DNA of 64,000 nucleotides from the NCBI GenBank assembly GCA_963575745.1, contig CAUYUJ010000026.1, forward strand, positions 186,001 to 250,000. The letters are read 5' to 3'. The translations under genes were made by a program, and so were the position numbers. The notes under the pieces were generated by a model. That model saw nothing but the letters and a program-made list of their open reading frames with translations, had not been told where the DNA came from and did not search any database. The DNA comes from Prorocentrum cordatum (Eukaryota). Below are positions 12,576-25,260 of this stretch, piece after piece (the first letter of the stretch is position 1; the number at the start of each line of letters is the position of its first letter).

Positions 12576-13356
12576 GTTGTTCAAAATTATTACTACAATC
12601 AGAAAGAATAATTATTGTTGGGCCCCTGGTGCACGACCCCCCCGCCGCGCCTAGGCCGCAGCCTCATTTTCATCATTTTCGTGAGGAAGTCTCAGGCAAA
12701 ACGGGTTGGTCCGGATCCGGTTGTTTTGTTACGGCCCGCTTTCCCTTGCAAAAAAATAAGCTAAAGTGGACATTTCTTGTTCTAACATAACCAAACTTCA
12801 AGAATCCCTTGCAAAAAATAAGGTAAAGTGGACATTCGCGCGCGCAAGACGAAATCCTTCCAAAACCTTAGTTTTCGTAGCGATTTTAACATAAAAAACA
12901 TAAAAAAAAAAAAAACCAATGGTTTTTCAAAAAAAATTGTCAACATTTCATCCCGCGCGCTCTTGCGGATTCGTAGGAAACCCAACACTTTTTAAACATT
13001 TCTGTCAAACGGGCTTTTGCGAGCAACTTTTTCGAACTTCTGCAACAACGGTTGCGCACTTGCCAGGGCCATCATCCCTGTCAAATAATACCATGCGGGA
13101 CACATTCGTTTTTTCTTTGCGCGCGCACGCCGTCGTCGTCGGCCGCGGGGCCCTGAATAGTAGCCACGGTCGTCCGCATGCCACGAAGTGAAGTGTCCGA
13201 ACGTCATAGGGCGGGAAGCTGGGTTTGGGTGGTGGCGAAGAGTCGTTTGGAAATTTGGTAGAGCTTGAACCGGCCCCCCCACAAAGTGGGGGTATTGCCC
13301 GCCTCCTATGAAAACCCTGGCACTGGTGAGAACGGAGTGTCCCCACGTGCTAGTAA

Positions 13357-13930
13357 TTGTGGTTGTTGTTGTTGTTGTTGTTGTTGTGGTTGGTGTTGTT
13401 TTTGTTGTTTTTGAATTCTCATTCCTGGAAAAGAATTATTGTTGATCCCCCCTCACCGGGCCTACTGTTTTTTCTCAATCAAAGTGTGCTCCTGGACGCT
13501 CGCACCCTGTTACTTGACAGGGCAAGCCTTGGTGCTCAAACTGGCCCCCTGGATTACAACAACAACGGCTCCCGCCTGAGACTTCTTCCAAATTTTCTCA
13601 GGACCCCCGCTCTTGAGACTTCCTTGCAATTTTTTTCAGGACCGGTGCTCTTCCTCGCAATTTAGTCAGGACCCCCGCTCCCATCTGAGACTTCCTCACA
13701 ATTTACTCAGGAACGGCGCTCCCGCTTGAGATTTCCTCGCAATTGAATCAAGACTTCCTCGCAATTCAGTCAAGACCCCCGCTCCCGCCAGAGAACCCTC
13801 CACATTTGATTCAGGAATTGCGCTCTCGCCTGTGACTTCCTTATAATTCATTCAGCAATCGCGCTTTCGACGCTCAGGATACACGCTGCGCCAAGGACGC
13901 CGTTACAATTTACTTGGTATCCGCACTCTC
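13357..13930. repeat. Composite dispersed repeat, copy 1: (TTG)n, a ~150-bp core, then tandem TCAGG...GAGACTTCCTCGCAATT units
   Basis: Core GTTGATCCCCCC..ACCGG..TACTGTTTTTTCTCAATCAA.GTGTG..CCTGGACGCTCGCACCCTG is shared with 16385-17050, with the same module order. Confidence 0.8.
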
Positions 13931-14733
13931 GCCATACTGAAGCATCCGCTTGAATGTCCCACCCGCCCGACCCGCCCGTCAGGGGATCGCCCGCCCGTCG
14001 CGGGCTCCCGCCCGAGACTTCCTTCAGGAACGGCGCTTTCGCTTAGGGCCTCCTCGAACGTTCACGCTCTGGCCTTCCTGCTCCTCCTCCCTCTCCCTCC
14101 TCCCTCCTCCCTCCTCTCCTCCCTTCTCTCTCCCTCCTCTGTTCCCTCATCCTTATGCCTCTCTGCCCTATCCCCTCTCCCTCGTCTCCCTCCTCCCTTC
14201 TCCCTCCCCTCTCCTGCCTCCTCCCTCCCTCCTTCTTTCTCTCTCCCTCTCTCTCTCTCTCCTCTAATCAACCGCTCCCCTCTTCGCTCCTTCTCTCCTG
14301 GCGTTGTCCCTCTTCCTTCGTCCCTCCCCCTCCCTTCCTCCCACTCTCCCTCGTTATCCCCCTTCTCTTTTTTGCAGGGGCCACACCAATTCTAATGGCG
14401 GGCACATGTACGCCCACGACGGATTGTCCGCCCGTTCAGGTTTGCCCGCCTGTCTAAGCCCGCCGCCCCCCGCAAAGAGGAATAATCCCCCCAAAGGGGG
14501 TGTGATCGAAGCCCAAAGGGGCGGGTATCGAGGGTGTGGGGAACTCGTCTTGAATGACACGCGGGCAAGTAAGAACGAACAGTCTTATATTGATTGTCGT
14601 TGTTGTTGTTCTTCTTGTTGTTGGTGGTGTTGTTGTTATTATTGTTGTTGTAGTTGTGGTTGTGGTTTGTTGCTGTTGTTGTTGTTGTTGTAGTATGTTG
14701 TGTGGTGTGTGCTGTGTGTTGTATGTTGTATGG

Positions 14734-14798
<65 letters not shown>

Positions 14799-15949
14799 TA
14801 GTTGTCCTTGGGGGGCGTTGTTCCCCCCTTTTGGCGGGTAGCGCTTGCTACCCCGCCCGGGTAACGCTAACGATCGTACGCTGCTTGGGGGTGGAGGGGG
14901 GGGGCCCTCCTCTCAGCAGGTATGGCGCTTGGCTCACAGGCATGGCGTGGTGCTGACAGGCATGTGTGATGCTCACAAACGTGTTGTGGCGTTCGCCAGT
15001 TCCCCACCTGTTGCGGCGCCGAATTCACAGGCACGGCGTGATGCTGCAAAGGCACGTTTCGGTGTTCAGCTGCCTCTGTGGCGCCTGCAGGCTCTTGCAG
15101 TGCGCAGGCTTGTGTGGTTTACGTCTGCATCCCTACGTTCTCTTCCCCTGCTCTTCTTACTGGTGGAACTCTGGATCAATGCTGCCAATGGATTTCGCAG
15201 CCATGTCTGGGTGGAGCAACGGTGACCCCGCGTCTGTTACACGTGGTGCTGACGAAGGCGAGGCGACGTCGAACGATGCCATGAGTGCACTTGCCGTGTT
15301 GGCATCACATAATCCTACCTCGCCCCGCCTGCTCCACCGCCTACTCATATCCTCCCCTTTCTTCGTCGTCCTCTGCCCCTCCTCCTCCTCCTCCTCCTCT
15401 CCTTCATCTTCCCCTCTGGATTGCGCTGTGCGTTCTTGGGATTCTATAAGTGGCCGCGTGGGCCATATTGGGTTATCCGCACAGCGCCCGTGCCCGTTTC
15501 GACTCGTTCCCCCCCTCGTTCCGTCTCGTCCTCCTCGTAGGTTTTCGCACGCATTTGCGGGCCGAATTTCATGACATTGTCGTTGCATGCTGGCGCGCCG
15601 AGGTACGAGGTGGCTGCTCGCTCCTATCTGCCCATATGCAATTCCAAAAAAAATCCAACCTTTTCAACCTCCCCCACTCCCTCCCGCTTCCCTCCTCCCC
15701 CACCTCGCTCTCGAACGCCCCCCTCCACCCATATCTTCCATGTCCTCTTGGCCGTTTTGTTCGAAGCAAGTTTCGGATGGTCTTGCCAAAGTTTCACCGA
15801 GCGCCAGCCCTGCAGCTTGCGTGCCATCGATACTACTCCCCAGGCGGTGCGGTGTACACGGGCGACGTGGTGAGGGTTTCCGCGGTTTGTGGCGGGCCCC
15901 GCAAACAACGGCTTCGCAAGCTACTGATGTGCCCATTGGCAAGTTTTGT

Positions 15950-16200
15950 TGTAGACAGGCGCTGTGGTGCACGGGCGCATCCTGGCGTGCGCAGGCGTTG
16001 TGGTGCACATGGTTGCCGTGGTGCACGCAGGCGCTGCGGTGTACACAAGCGCTTTGGTACACGCAATGTGGTGTACACGAGCGCGGTTGCGCACACGGTT
16101 GCTGCAGTATACACCGATTTTGCGGCGCACATGGGCGACGTGGTGACGTCGTGCAAACATTTGTTGTGGTGTACCGAAGCAGTGTGGTGCACTCAGGCGG
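15950..16200 (+). repeat. Degenerate ~18-bp GTGGTGCAC-containing minisatellite
   Basis: Recurrent TGTGGTGCAC / GGTGTACAC units. Confidence 0.7.
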
Positions 16201-16384
16201 TGTTGTCTTTGCACGAGTGCATTTGGCATTGCCGCGTGCGCAGGACTTGCAGCGCGCGCAAGCAATTGATGTGCCGATGGCGCGGACGCAACCTGGCGGG
16301 CGCAGGCCGCGGCCGCCGTTACCGTTACCCGCCGGCCCATGCCCCCCCGGGCAACAGCCGCTACCCAAACTAATAAACAACAGT

Positions 16385-16388
16385 ATTG

Positions 16389-16420
<32 letters not shown>

Positions 16421-17050
16421 GGTGGTGGTGGTGGTGGTGGTGGTGTTGTTGAATTCTCACTTCTGAAGAATAATCATTGTTGATCCCCCCCACCGGTGCA
16501 TACTGTTTTTTCTCAATCAAGGTGTGCCCCTGGACGCTCGCACCCTGCGTTTTGGCATGGATAGTCTTCCTGCTCAAACTGGGCCCCTGGCCCCCGGGTC
16601 GGGTCCGGGGGGGCCGGCGGCGGCGGGGCGGCGGGTCCGGGCGGGTCCGGGGCGGCGGCGGGTGGCGGGGTGGGGGGGGGGGGTGGTATGGGGTTGGTGG
16701 TGGTGGGGGGGTGGGTTACAACAACAAAACGGTTCCCGGCCTAGATTTCTTTACGATTAGCCAGGACCCAGTTCCGCCCGAGACTTCCTTCGCATTTTAT
16801 TCAGGAATCGCGCTTTTTTATTACTTTTTTTTTTTTTTTTTCTTTTTTCTTTTTTTTTTTTTTCTTTTTTTTTTTTTGATTTTGTTTTTCTTTTTTTTTC
16901 TTTTTTCTTCTCTCGCTGGGGACTTCCTTACAATTTATTCAGGAATCGCTCTCCCGGCGCTCTGGAGTCGCGCTCTCGCTGGAGACTTGCTTGCAACTTA
17001 CTGAAGAATGGCCTTGCGTTGGAATTTCCTGCAATTTGCCCAAGCGCCGC
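16385..17050. repeat. Composite dispersed repeat, copy 2
   Basis: Homologous to 13357-13930. Carries a GC-rich insert (~16592-16715) and a poly-T patch. Confidence 0.75.
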
Positions 17051-17109
17051 GCTCCCGACACCCAGGTACCCAGGAGTCGCGCCCGTTGTGGCCCATGTGC
17101 ATGCCCTTC

Positions 17110-17164
<55 letters not shown>

Positions 17165-17720
17165 ACTCCCCCCCCCCCCCCCCCCCCCCCCCCCCTTTTT
17201 CCCCCCCCTGGCCCCGCTGTCGCCATCTGTGTCCCCCTCACTGTCCTACGTGGCCCAGTTGCTACCCTCACTGGCCCCATAGTTGCCTTCTGTGGCCCCG
17301 CATTATCAGCACTTCGTGGCCCCCGCTCGTTCGCGCTCTTCGTGGCCTCATACGCATTCCCTTCGTGTCCCCGCTGTCGCCCTTCGTGGCCTACTTCGTG
17401 CCCTTCGTGGCCCTGCTGTCGTTCTCTCTCGCTCTCGCTTTCGCTCGTCGTCGCCCTCGTCGTCGTCGCCGTCGTCTTCGACGTCGTCGTCGTCGTCGTC
17501 GTCGTCGTGGTCGGTCCCCTGTCCGACCCTCTTGGGGTCGGGTCGACGGTCCGCGGCCGCCCCGCCGATCAGCTCTGCCGCTGGCCAGGCCGACGGTCCG
17601 CGGCCGCCCCGCCGCTTGCCGGGGCCCGGCCTGCAGGGAAGAAAGGTATACCCCCCAAAAGGGATTCGATCGAGGACGAAGAGGGCGGGTATCGAGGGTT
17701 TGGGAAATACGCGGTTGTGG

Positions 17721-17787
<67 letters not shown>

Positions 17788-18767
17788 CGTTTTCGGCCTT
17801 TGGGGGCCCTCGCCAGGTCAAGATCCGTCGAACGACGCGTCGGTATGAAAGACCACATTTCGAGTTGTCGGCGTTATGAGCATGATGGCGTCGGGGGTCT
17901 GGGTACCACGGGGGTCACCAGATCCTCCTGATGAGCGAGGCTCCAGGATCGAAACTCGAGTTTATCTTTGGTTGGGCGTTCGAAGTCGTTTTGGGTTGGA
18001 GCGCGCTGGGAGGCGCATCGCCCAGATGGAGTGGTGCTTCCTCGAAGAAGCGGCGAGCCCCTCTGGTGGTGACCCACCCTTGGCACCGCATGGAAGGCGG
18101 GCTGGATCAGCCCGCCAGCGCGCGCCCCACGGAAGTCAGCTCCCAGACATGCCCGCGTCGCGGAAAAACACGACTGCCAATTTTTCACCGTGATGGTTTT
18201 CAGGGGCCCTCGCCGGGCCCCGAGACCGTCCAACAACAACCCGGAGAGAAACGCCGGCCCTGGGGAAAGGATCGGAGCTTCAGTGGACCCCGCATGGAAA
18301 AGAACAAACCATCGGATGTCTGGCTTGATCGTGGATGCTCGAGAGTATCGATGGCACGCGCGTCGTCTTTCAAGCTGTGCGTGTTGCTCGGCCGCTTGTC
18401 GATCCACACTTGGTGATCGCTCCAAAGTAGCGCGCTGATGGTGGTCGTCTGGCCAGCGCGACATCGGTACTGAGTTTGCCTGCAGGTTCAACCCCCAACG
18501 CCCTTGGAATCCACAAAGACGTCCCCGGGTAGGGAGGTTGAAGCTGGACGACAGGGGTGTCCTTCTATTTTCTTGTGCCAGAATTATAGTCGTATGTATT
18601 TGCTATGCATGGGCTCCGCTTCTGTCACCTTCGGGATGTTTGAGGCGGCGCTGCTAGTGTTACTGTGGTTGTATGCCTCCTCCTCCTTCTCCTCCTTGTC
18701 CTCGTCCTCCTTGTCGACGTCGTCGTCCTCCCCCCTCCCCCTTTCTCCGCCGCCACCTGGGGCGCTC

Positions 18768-19401
18768 CAGACATGGCCTCGCCTTCGAGGGATCAAGAGG
18801 TTGGCATCTCTTTCTCGGCGGAAGGCGGCGGAAGGCCAGCGGAAGGCGGCAAAACGTCCAACGAGGCCGCCTCCGCCGGCGGAAGCAGGCGGAAGGCCAG
18901 CGGATGCCTGGCCGAAGGTCAATCTATACGCCTCCTAGGGGTGCAACACCTTTGGGGCCAGGGTTTCGGCAGTCGGCCATTTTGGCTCAAGATGGTTCTG
19001 ATTCCTGCCGCGCGGGCGCCGCGCGCAGGCATTCCACGCACGTCGCCGCTCCTCGCCAGCTGCCTGTCCACCCTCCGAGCTTGCTGGGCCGAAGGCCGCA
19101 GGCCCACGCCTTGAGCAGGGGGTGCGCGTTCCATGCTGGTCTCCGGCCTTTCGTCCGTGCTCTGAGCGCGTGCGCATCCCGCTCCGCATCCGAGGCCGTG
19201 ACAGAGCAAGGGCTCCCACGAGGGCGCGAAGTTAGTTGCGCTTCGCGGGCCTCGTTCCTCCTCCCCCTCCTCCTCGTCCTCCTCTTCTCCCCTTTGGGGG
19301 CGGCGCGAGAGCGCGAAGTTGTTCGCGCTTCGCGCAGCGCGAAGCGCGAAGTTAGGAGCCCTTGGAGAGCGTGGTACGCCCCGCAGGCGAGGCCATGTCT
19401 G
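18768..19401. mobile_element. 634-bp segment bounded by perfect 17-bp inverted repeats, containing a relic spliced leader
   Basis: CAGACATGGCCTCGCCT (18768-18784) and AGGCGAGGCCATGTCTG (19385-19401). TC dinucleotide on both flanks. Confidence 0.6.
18976..18991 (+). promoter_or_regulatory. Relic dinoflagellate spliced leader (3' 16 nt of DinoSL)
   Basis: GCCATTTTGGCTCAAG matches exactly the 3' 16 nt of DCCGTAGCCATTTTGGCTCAAG and is immediately followed by ATG (18992). Confidence 0.85.
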
Positions 19402-19839
19402 TCATAAGAGCCCCGTCAGCATCGCTGTCGGCAGCATGCCAGCATCCTCACCAGCGCCGCGTTCCCCCCGCGCCCCCAGACAGCCACAGTCGTGGCAGCC
19501 GCCGAGGCCATCGCAGGCGGTGCGAACGAGATTGATCCGCACAACTTACTTTAAGAAGCGAATCTTGAAACAATAGTCCACCAGCAGTTGAACATTGATC
19601 GAGTGCCACGGTCGAATCTCACAGCAGTTGAACAGCGATCGGACATCATAGCGCGAATGCAAACAAGATGGGCCACGATCGAATATCACGGTCGACTAGT
19701 ACGATCGTATATAACAGCGCGAATGCAAACAAGATGGGCCACCAGTCGATGGCTACGAAGTCGACCAGTGGATCGGTCTGACCCGTGGGCAGCACAGCAG
19801 CAGCGTGGCCTATGATGGGCGATGAGAAGGGGGCCCGAA

Positions 19840-20010
19840 CGACTGCACGTAAGAGTGAGCCTTCGCTAAAGTGACACTTGGTGCGGGCACATCGGGCCTC
19901 CCCGACCGCTGAGCGCGATGCGATAGCAGCGGCCTGCGCGCTTGGCACCCTCGCGCCCCTCCCCAACGCCGCGTACCTGAGGTCATTCTTACCCAGGGTC
20001 ACTCTTACGT
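19840..20010. mobile_element. Diverged second copy of the 4581-4764 MITE
   Basis: CGACTGCACGTAAGAGTGAGCCTTCG ... CTTACCCAGGGTCACTCTTACGT, with a similar interior. Confidence 0.75.
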
Positions 20011-20039
20011 CCACCCCACAATTTCAACGCCCAGCGCAG

Positions 20040-20199
20040 GATGGCGAGCAGCCCGACAGCACAACCGCCCGATCACGGCTTGCTTCCGCAATGATTCTTC
20101 GAGTAGACTCGCCAGCCAACCTGAACAAGGAGCTCGCCGACCTCTACGGCGACGACCAGCTCGCCTCGTCCGAGGGGGATTTCACCGACTACGCTCAGA
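20040..20199 (+). CDS. Candidate host exon, unknown product
   Basis: CAG|G acceptor at 20039 and a protein-like frame (LRVDSPANLNKELADLYGDDQLASSEGDFTDYAQ). Boundaries are uncertain. Confidence 0.3.
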
Positions 20200-21300
20200 T
20201 GTAGCTTGCAGGCTACATGGCGCAATCTGAGAACGAATTCAAATGCATGGTCCACGGGGGCGTGGAGCAGACGTCAGCGCAGGCCTACGCGTCTCAGGCG
20301 AATCTTTGCTCCGCCACGCAGGTTTATAGCACCACCCGAACGCGAACATGAACGACTCAGCGGCACTCTTGCGCGATTGCGACGCACAGCTGCGCAAGCA
20401 GAAGTAGCAGCCCCCATGCTAAGCATGCGGGCCCCCATGGCTAGGGACCGCGATCTAAATCATGCCACCTCTGCCATCGGCCTACAATGGCTGGTCGCGC
20501 CCGCGCGCCCGCGCACCAGAGGACGCAACCGAAGAACGGCTGGAAGCGTCCAGCGCACGCACGCCCTTGTCGCGTTACGGCGATCAGAAGATCTTATTTT
20601 AAATCCCAGGTGTCTTCATCCCCCAGGATTATGGGCCTCACTGGGCAGTGGAAAGGAGGTGGGGCAGGGAACGTCACGGCTTGCTCCCTGCGGGTTCTGG
20701 GAATCCGTGTTCCTAGGCATTCCCAGCCGGCGCCGGCGCGATTTCTTCTGTTACCGGTCGGAGGGCGGTAGGGCGCGGCCGTTGAAATCCGCCATCGCTA
20801 GGAGTGTCGCACATCCCCGAGCTGCTCGAGAACCATCGAAGCGACAAGCAGTCGACGTTGTGCGTCGGTTCGCCGCGGGGGACACGGCTGGCCTGGGCCG
20901 CCAGCAGTTTTTGTCGCATTCGTCGACAGGCCGCCCCACGCCATCCGCCCAGAGTTCCAGCACAGAGGAGCAGTGAGGCTCCTCGCTCAACGATGACCGC
21001 AGCTGAACAATCGCACGTGCAGCCAAACCTGGCAGCAAGGATGAACTTTCTCCTCGCAGGGGCATAATGTTTCCACTGGTTCTGGCCATCCTCAGCGTGT
21101 GTTTTGGCTTCCCCAGCCTATGGGTACCCTTGCACGCGCGCGCATCCTTCGCTTTCGCGATTGCGTGCGTCCTTTGGGGTTTTGAGGTCGGTGCGTTTTC
21201 CTGCAACTTCGGCGCATTCCAAGAGTCTAGCACCCTCAAACTTCAACCTCATCGATGGTTTTAACTTTGCACGCGTCGTAAAGACACGCTCGACTGCCAG

Positions 21301-21548
21301 TGAAACACGCGTGGGCGTACATGCTGGAGCTCAGGCCTTATTTGCTCTCGAGCCTGGCTGGCACTGGCCGAGGCACTCTGTCAGAGCTCTATCTGGAGCG
21401 GCGCGCGGCGCAGGCGCACGGCATCGATGCGGCGGCGTTCGATGCATTTTTCGGCCACCGCTTCGCGGCGGAAGACGAGGCGCGGGGGCAAGACTTGTTC
21501 CGTCGCGGCGCGGCAGAGGCGATCCGCTCGCGCGCGGGGCAAATCCAG
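21301..21548 (+). CDS. Candidate host exon, unknown product
   Basis: CCAG acceptor at 21300, protein-like frame (KHAWAYMLELRPYLL...AFDAFFGHRF...AIRSRAGQIQ), then a CAG|GC donor. Confidence 0.4.
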
Positions 21549-23587
21549 GCTGTGGAGTTGCGAGTTGTCCCACGCGCAAAAGTCGGGGAAACGTAAGGCT
21601 CGAGTAAGCCGGATCTCGGGTTTGCCAGCGTTTTTTGACGAGCGTGTCTTGGGTTCTGACGGTTTAGTTTTCGTGGGATGTCTGCAGCGGGAGCCCGCTT
21701 CAAATTTCAGACTGGGTCGCGTCATTTTCATGATGGCCGCGTCGGGCCAACCCGAGTCCCCCTAACCCGAGTCTTACGTCTCCCCGAAAGAGGGGGAGGG
21801 GCAGAAGAGGGCGGCCGCGGCGGGGAAGGAGGAAGTGGGGGCACTCTCACGCGGCAGCGCCGGGGGGCGGCCAGTTTGCGGGGCAGCCCCTGGCAGCGGC
21901 GCAGGGCGGCGGCGCGGGGGCACCCGAGGCCGGGGCCGGCACAGCGGCGCAGGGCGGCGGCGCGGGGGCACCCGAGGCCGGGGCCGGCAGCCGCAGTGCG
22001 GGCGAGGCCTGGCAAGGCAGACCGCCGCGGGAGTTGCAGGCGTACTCATCGGGCGCCCTCGTCACCGGCTGGAGCGCTCGCGGCCTCTCGGCGGCCACGA
22101 GTTCCAAGCCGAGGCGCCATTTGCGGGGCGTGTGCGCGTCATGGGCGCCAGGAGCTGCATCTTGTGCTGCGCTGTCGCGGAGGGCGAGATCGCGCGCTAC
22201 CTGGACGACTGCGCACGCTTCACGTGGGTGCTGGAGGGAGTATCCGCAGGACTTCTCAGATACGGACACGCTCGCACGATTCGGCCGTTCGACCACGCGG
22301 CGAATGCTTGCTCAATGCTGGCGCTGCTTCCAGCGCTCGAGCGGCCGGTGCCAGCCTATATGCCATATTATAATCTAACACGCGCCTACCTTGGACCTTG
22401 TCGCGACTTGTTATCCCTCTTCCTTCCTCCTCGTCCCAGCTCCCACCCGCGTCCTCCTCTGAAGCTCTTCCCTGTCACCTTTTCCGACCTCCCCTCTCCA
22501 TGACAGTGGCGGCAGGCGCGCAGTTCGCAGCCCCCGAGGGAGCAGCAAGGTCTCACCTGGACCTGCGTTGTCCTGCAGTCCCCGGCGCCTCCCAGGATCC
22601 CACGAAAGTGACGGCATCTGCGCCGTTGGCAGCCTCCCAGAGCCAGGAGGTCTCGCCTTGATCCGCAATGCATGGCAGTGCGCCGTGCCGCCCTGGAGCC
22701 CGCGAAAGTGGCGACGGTTGCGTCGCTCCTTCCTTGACGTTTGCTCGTTCATACTTTCTCCGTTTCCGCCTCTCTCCTCGCTGGGGCCGTCTATGGTCTT
22801 CGAGGCCTTGCTGCCGCACATCCGAGGCCGCGCCCCTTCGAGAGCCAGGTGGCACGTGCGGCAGCAACCTTTTCCGTCGACGTCGGCGGTCACCGTGCCC
22901 CGGCCGCCGCCGGCGACGGCGGGACGACGACGGCGACAACGCTCTTCTTGTCGCCGCCCACGGCGACGCTGCCGACGCCGAGGCGACGAGTGTGATGACG
23001 ACGGTGGAGGCGACGACGACACGAACGCTTCGTTGGCGGCGCCCGCGGCGAGCGGCGGCGGCAGGACTGCTTCGCCGTGGCCGCAAGAATGGTGAACCTC
23101 ATCGACAAGGGCACGTTCGACCTGAGCTTTGCCGGCGCGTGGGTGGCGGGAAAGCTGCAACCGCGGGCCCTAGCAGGAAGGGCCCTGAGATCCGGAGTCT
23201 CATTTTTTTTCACAGCGTGCGCTTTCGCACTAATCTGGGCCACGTTGCATATGGTTCGCACCAATAGATTTCAAGAGGAGGAGGATGAGGAGGAGGAGGA
23301 GGAGGAGGAAGGAATGATGAGGAAGTCGGAGGAGGAGGAGGAGGAGGAGGAGGAGGAGGAGGGAGGAGGAGGATGAAGAGGAGGAGGAGGAGATCCGAAG
23401 CCTTTGTTAGCTCGAATAATCCTACTCTCAAGGTGAGATTGGCGAAACGGTTTCTTCCCAACCCTGGGGCTCTCGCAGGCGGCTGCCAGCCTGAGGTCGA
23501 CCTTCCTTGCGCACGGTGCCTGGGTTGGGCTGGTTCGACGCTGTTTCCCGCAGCTTGATGCTGGGATTGATCGGTAAGACGCTGGCC

Positions 23588-23624
<37 letters not shown>

Positions 23625-23884
23625 TTCGACGACGACTACGGTCGGCTGTTGTTGTGCGACACCAGATTTCAGGCTCGTCGGTTGTCGGTCGCTGCCTTTC
23701 TGCCTCCTTGCCTCCTGCACTGCCGCCGCGCGGTCCCTGCCGCGCCGCGCCGCACTGCGCCCTCGCCCGGCTGCCCTTGCCACCTCGCCCGCCCATGCTG
23801 CGCTGCTCGCTTTGATCTGGCCACGCCGTTGCTGCCCTCGCCTGCCCCCGGGTGCCCCACTTTCGATTGGCCAAGACGAGCTGG

Positions 23885-24220
23885 GGCCCGGCATGGGGAT
23901 TCCGATGGAAGGCGCCCGTCCTCGGTATGAGGTGCGTCCGAATAGATCCTCGGGGTTGTACTCCCGAATCAATGTTTTTCCGATCTGATATCCTAGACGC
24001 TTCACGTAGCCCATCCAGCCCATCCAGAAACGATGCCCAGGCGATTTGCCCTGATGCAGTGGAATCATGGCTGGGAAGCCGTCATGCTCCAAGAGGGGGA
24101 GGATGGAGGAGGAAACAAACGGGGAGGAGTAGGAGGAGGGGGAGGGGGAGCAGGGAGGAGGGAGGAGGGAGGAGAGGGGAAGGAGGAGGAGGATAGGCGG
24201 AGAGAAGTAAGGAGAGGAAC

Positions 24221-24276
<56 letters not shown>

Positions 24277-24277
24277 C

Positions 24278-24357
<80 letters not shown>

Positions 24358-25260
24358 GGAGGAGGAGGAGGAGGAGGAGGAGGAGGAGGAGGAGGAGAAG
24401 GAGGAGGCGGAGGGCGAGCAGAAAGGCCATAATTAGGCCTCTTGGATGATTTTCGGAGTTTTATTCGGATGTCTCTTGAGAGCTTCTTGTAAGCCTCTTG
24501 GGGCCTCTTGCAGGCCTCGTGGAGGTCCTGGGGCTTCCTGGAGCGTATTGGGTGCCTCGGAGGAGACTCCTCCAGGCTCTTGTAAGTCTCTTGGGGGTCT
24601 CTTGGGGGCCTCTTGGGGGCCTCTCGGGGCCTGCTGGGCACCTCTTGGGGCCGTCTTGGGGCACCCTTGGGAGCCTCGGGGGCCATCTTTGGCTCTTGGA
24701 GCGTCTTGATGCCTCGGGGGAGCCTCTTGGCGCCTCTTGGTGGTCTCTTGGGGGCCTCTTTTGGGCATCTTGGAGGCATCCTGGGGGCCTCTTGGCGCCT
24801 CCTGTGCGCCTCTTGGGCCCTCTCTGGGTAATCTTGGGAGCCTCGGGGTCAATCTGGGGGCCATCTTGGAGGAGATCGATCGAAGGAGGGGCCGTTGTAA
24901 ATTACATAGCCCCCCCCAGGAGGCCAATCTGTTGCCAACACCTTTGTAACATCAGTGATTTGAGTTTTCTCGCCGGGACCATGTGGGGGCGTCTCAGGGG
25001 TCTCTTGGGAGCCTCTTGGGGGCATCTTGGGGGCCTCTTGGGGGCCTCTTGGGGCCTCCTGGGCACCTCTTGGGGCCGTCTTGGGGCACTTTTGGGAGCC
25101 TCGGGGGCCAGGGGGGCATCTTGGCGCCTCTTAGGGGCCTCTTGGAGGCGTCCTGGAGGCATCTTGGGGGCCTTCAGGGCACCTCCTGGGCGCACTTTGG
25201 GCCCTCTTGGGACACTCTTGGGAGCCTCGGGGGCCATCGTGGGGCCTTCTTAGAGGTGAT
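23885..25260. repeat. Probable dispersed-repeat block: unique head, (GAG)n/(GAT)n tracts, then an ~11-bp TTGGGGGCCTC minisatellite
   Basis: Dozens of CTCTTGGGGGC units at 24430-25260. Similar motifs flank the LTR element (34810-34920, 44222-44270). Confidence 0.75.

Noticed and set aside
19650..19742. CRISPR-like repeat-spacer-repeat
   Set aside because: Only two repeats, no cas genes and a eukaryotic context.
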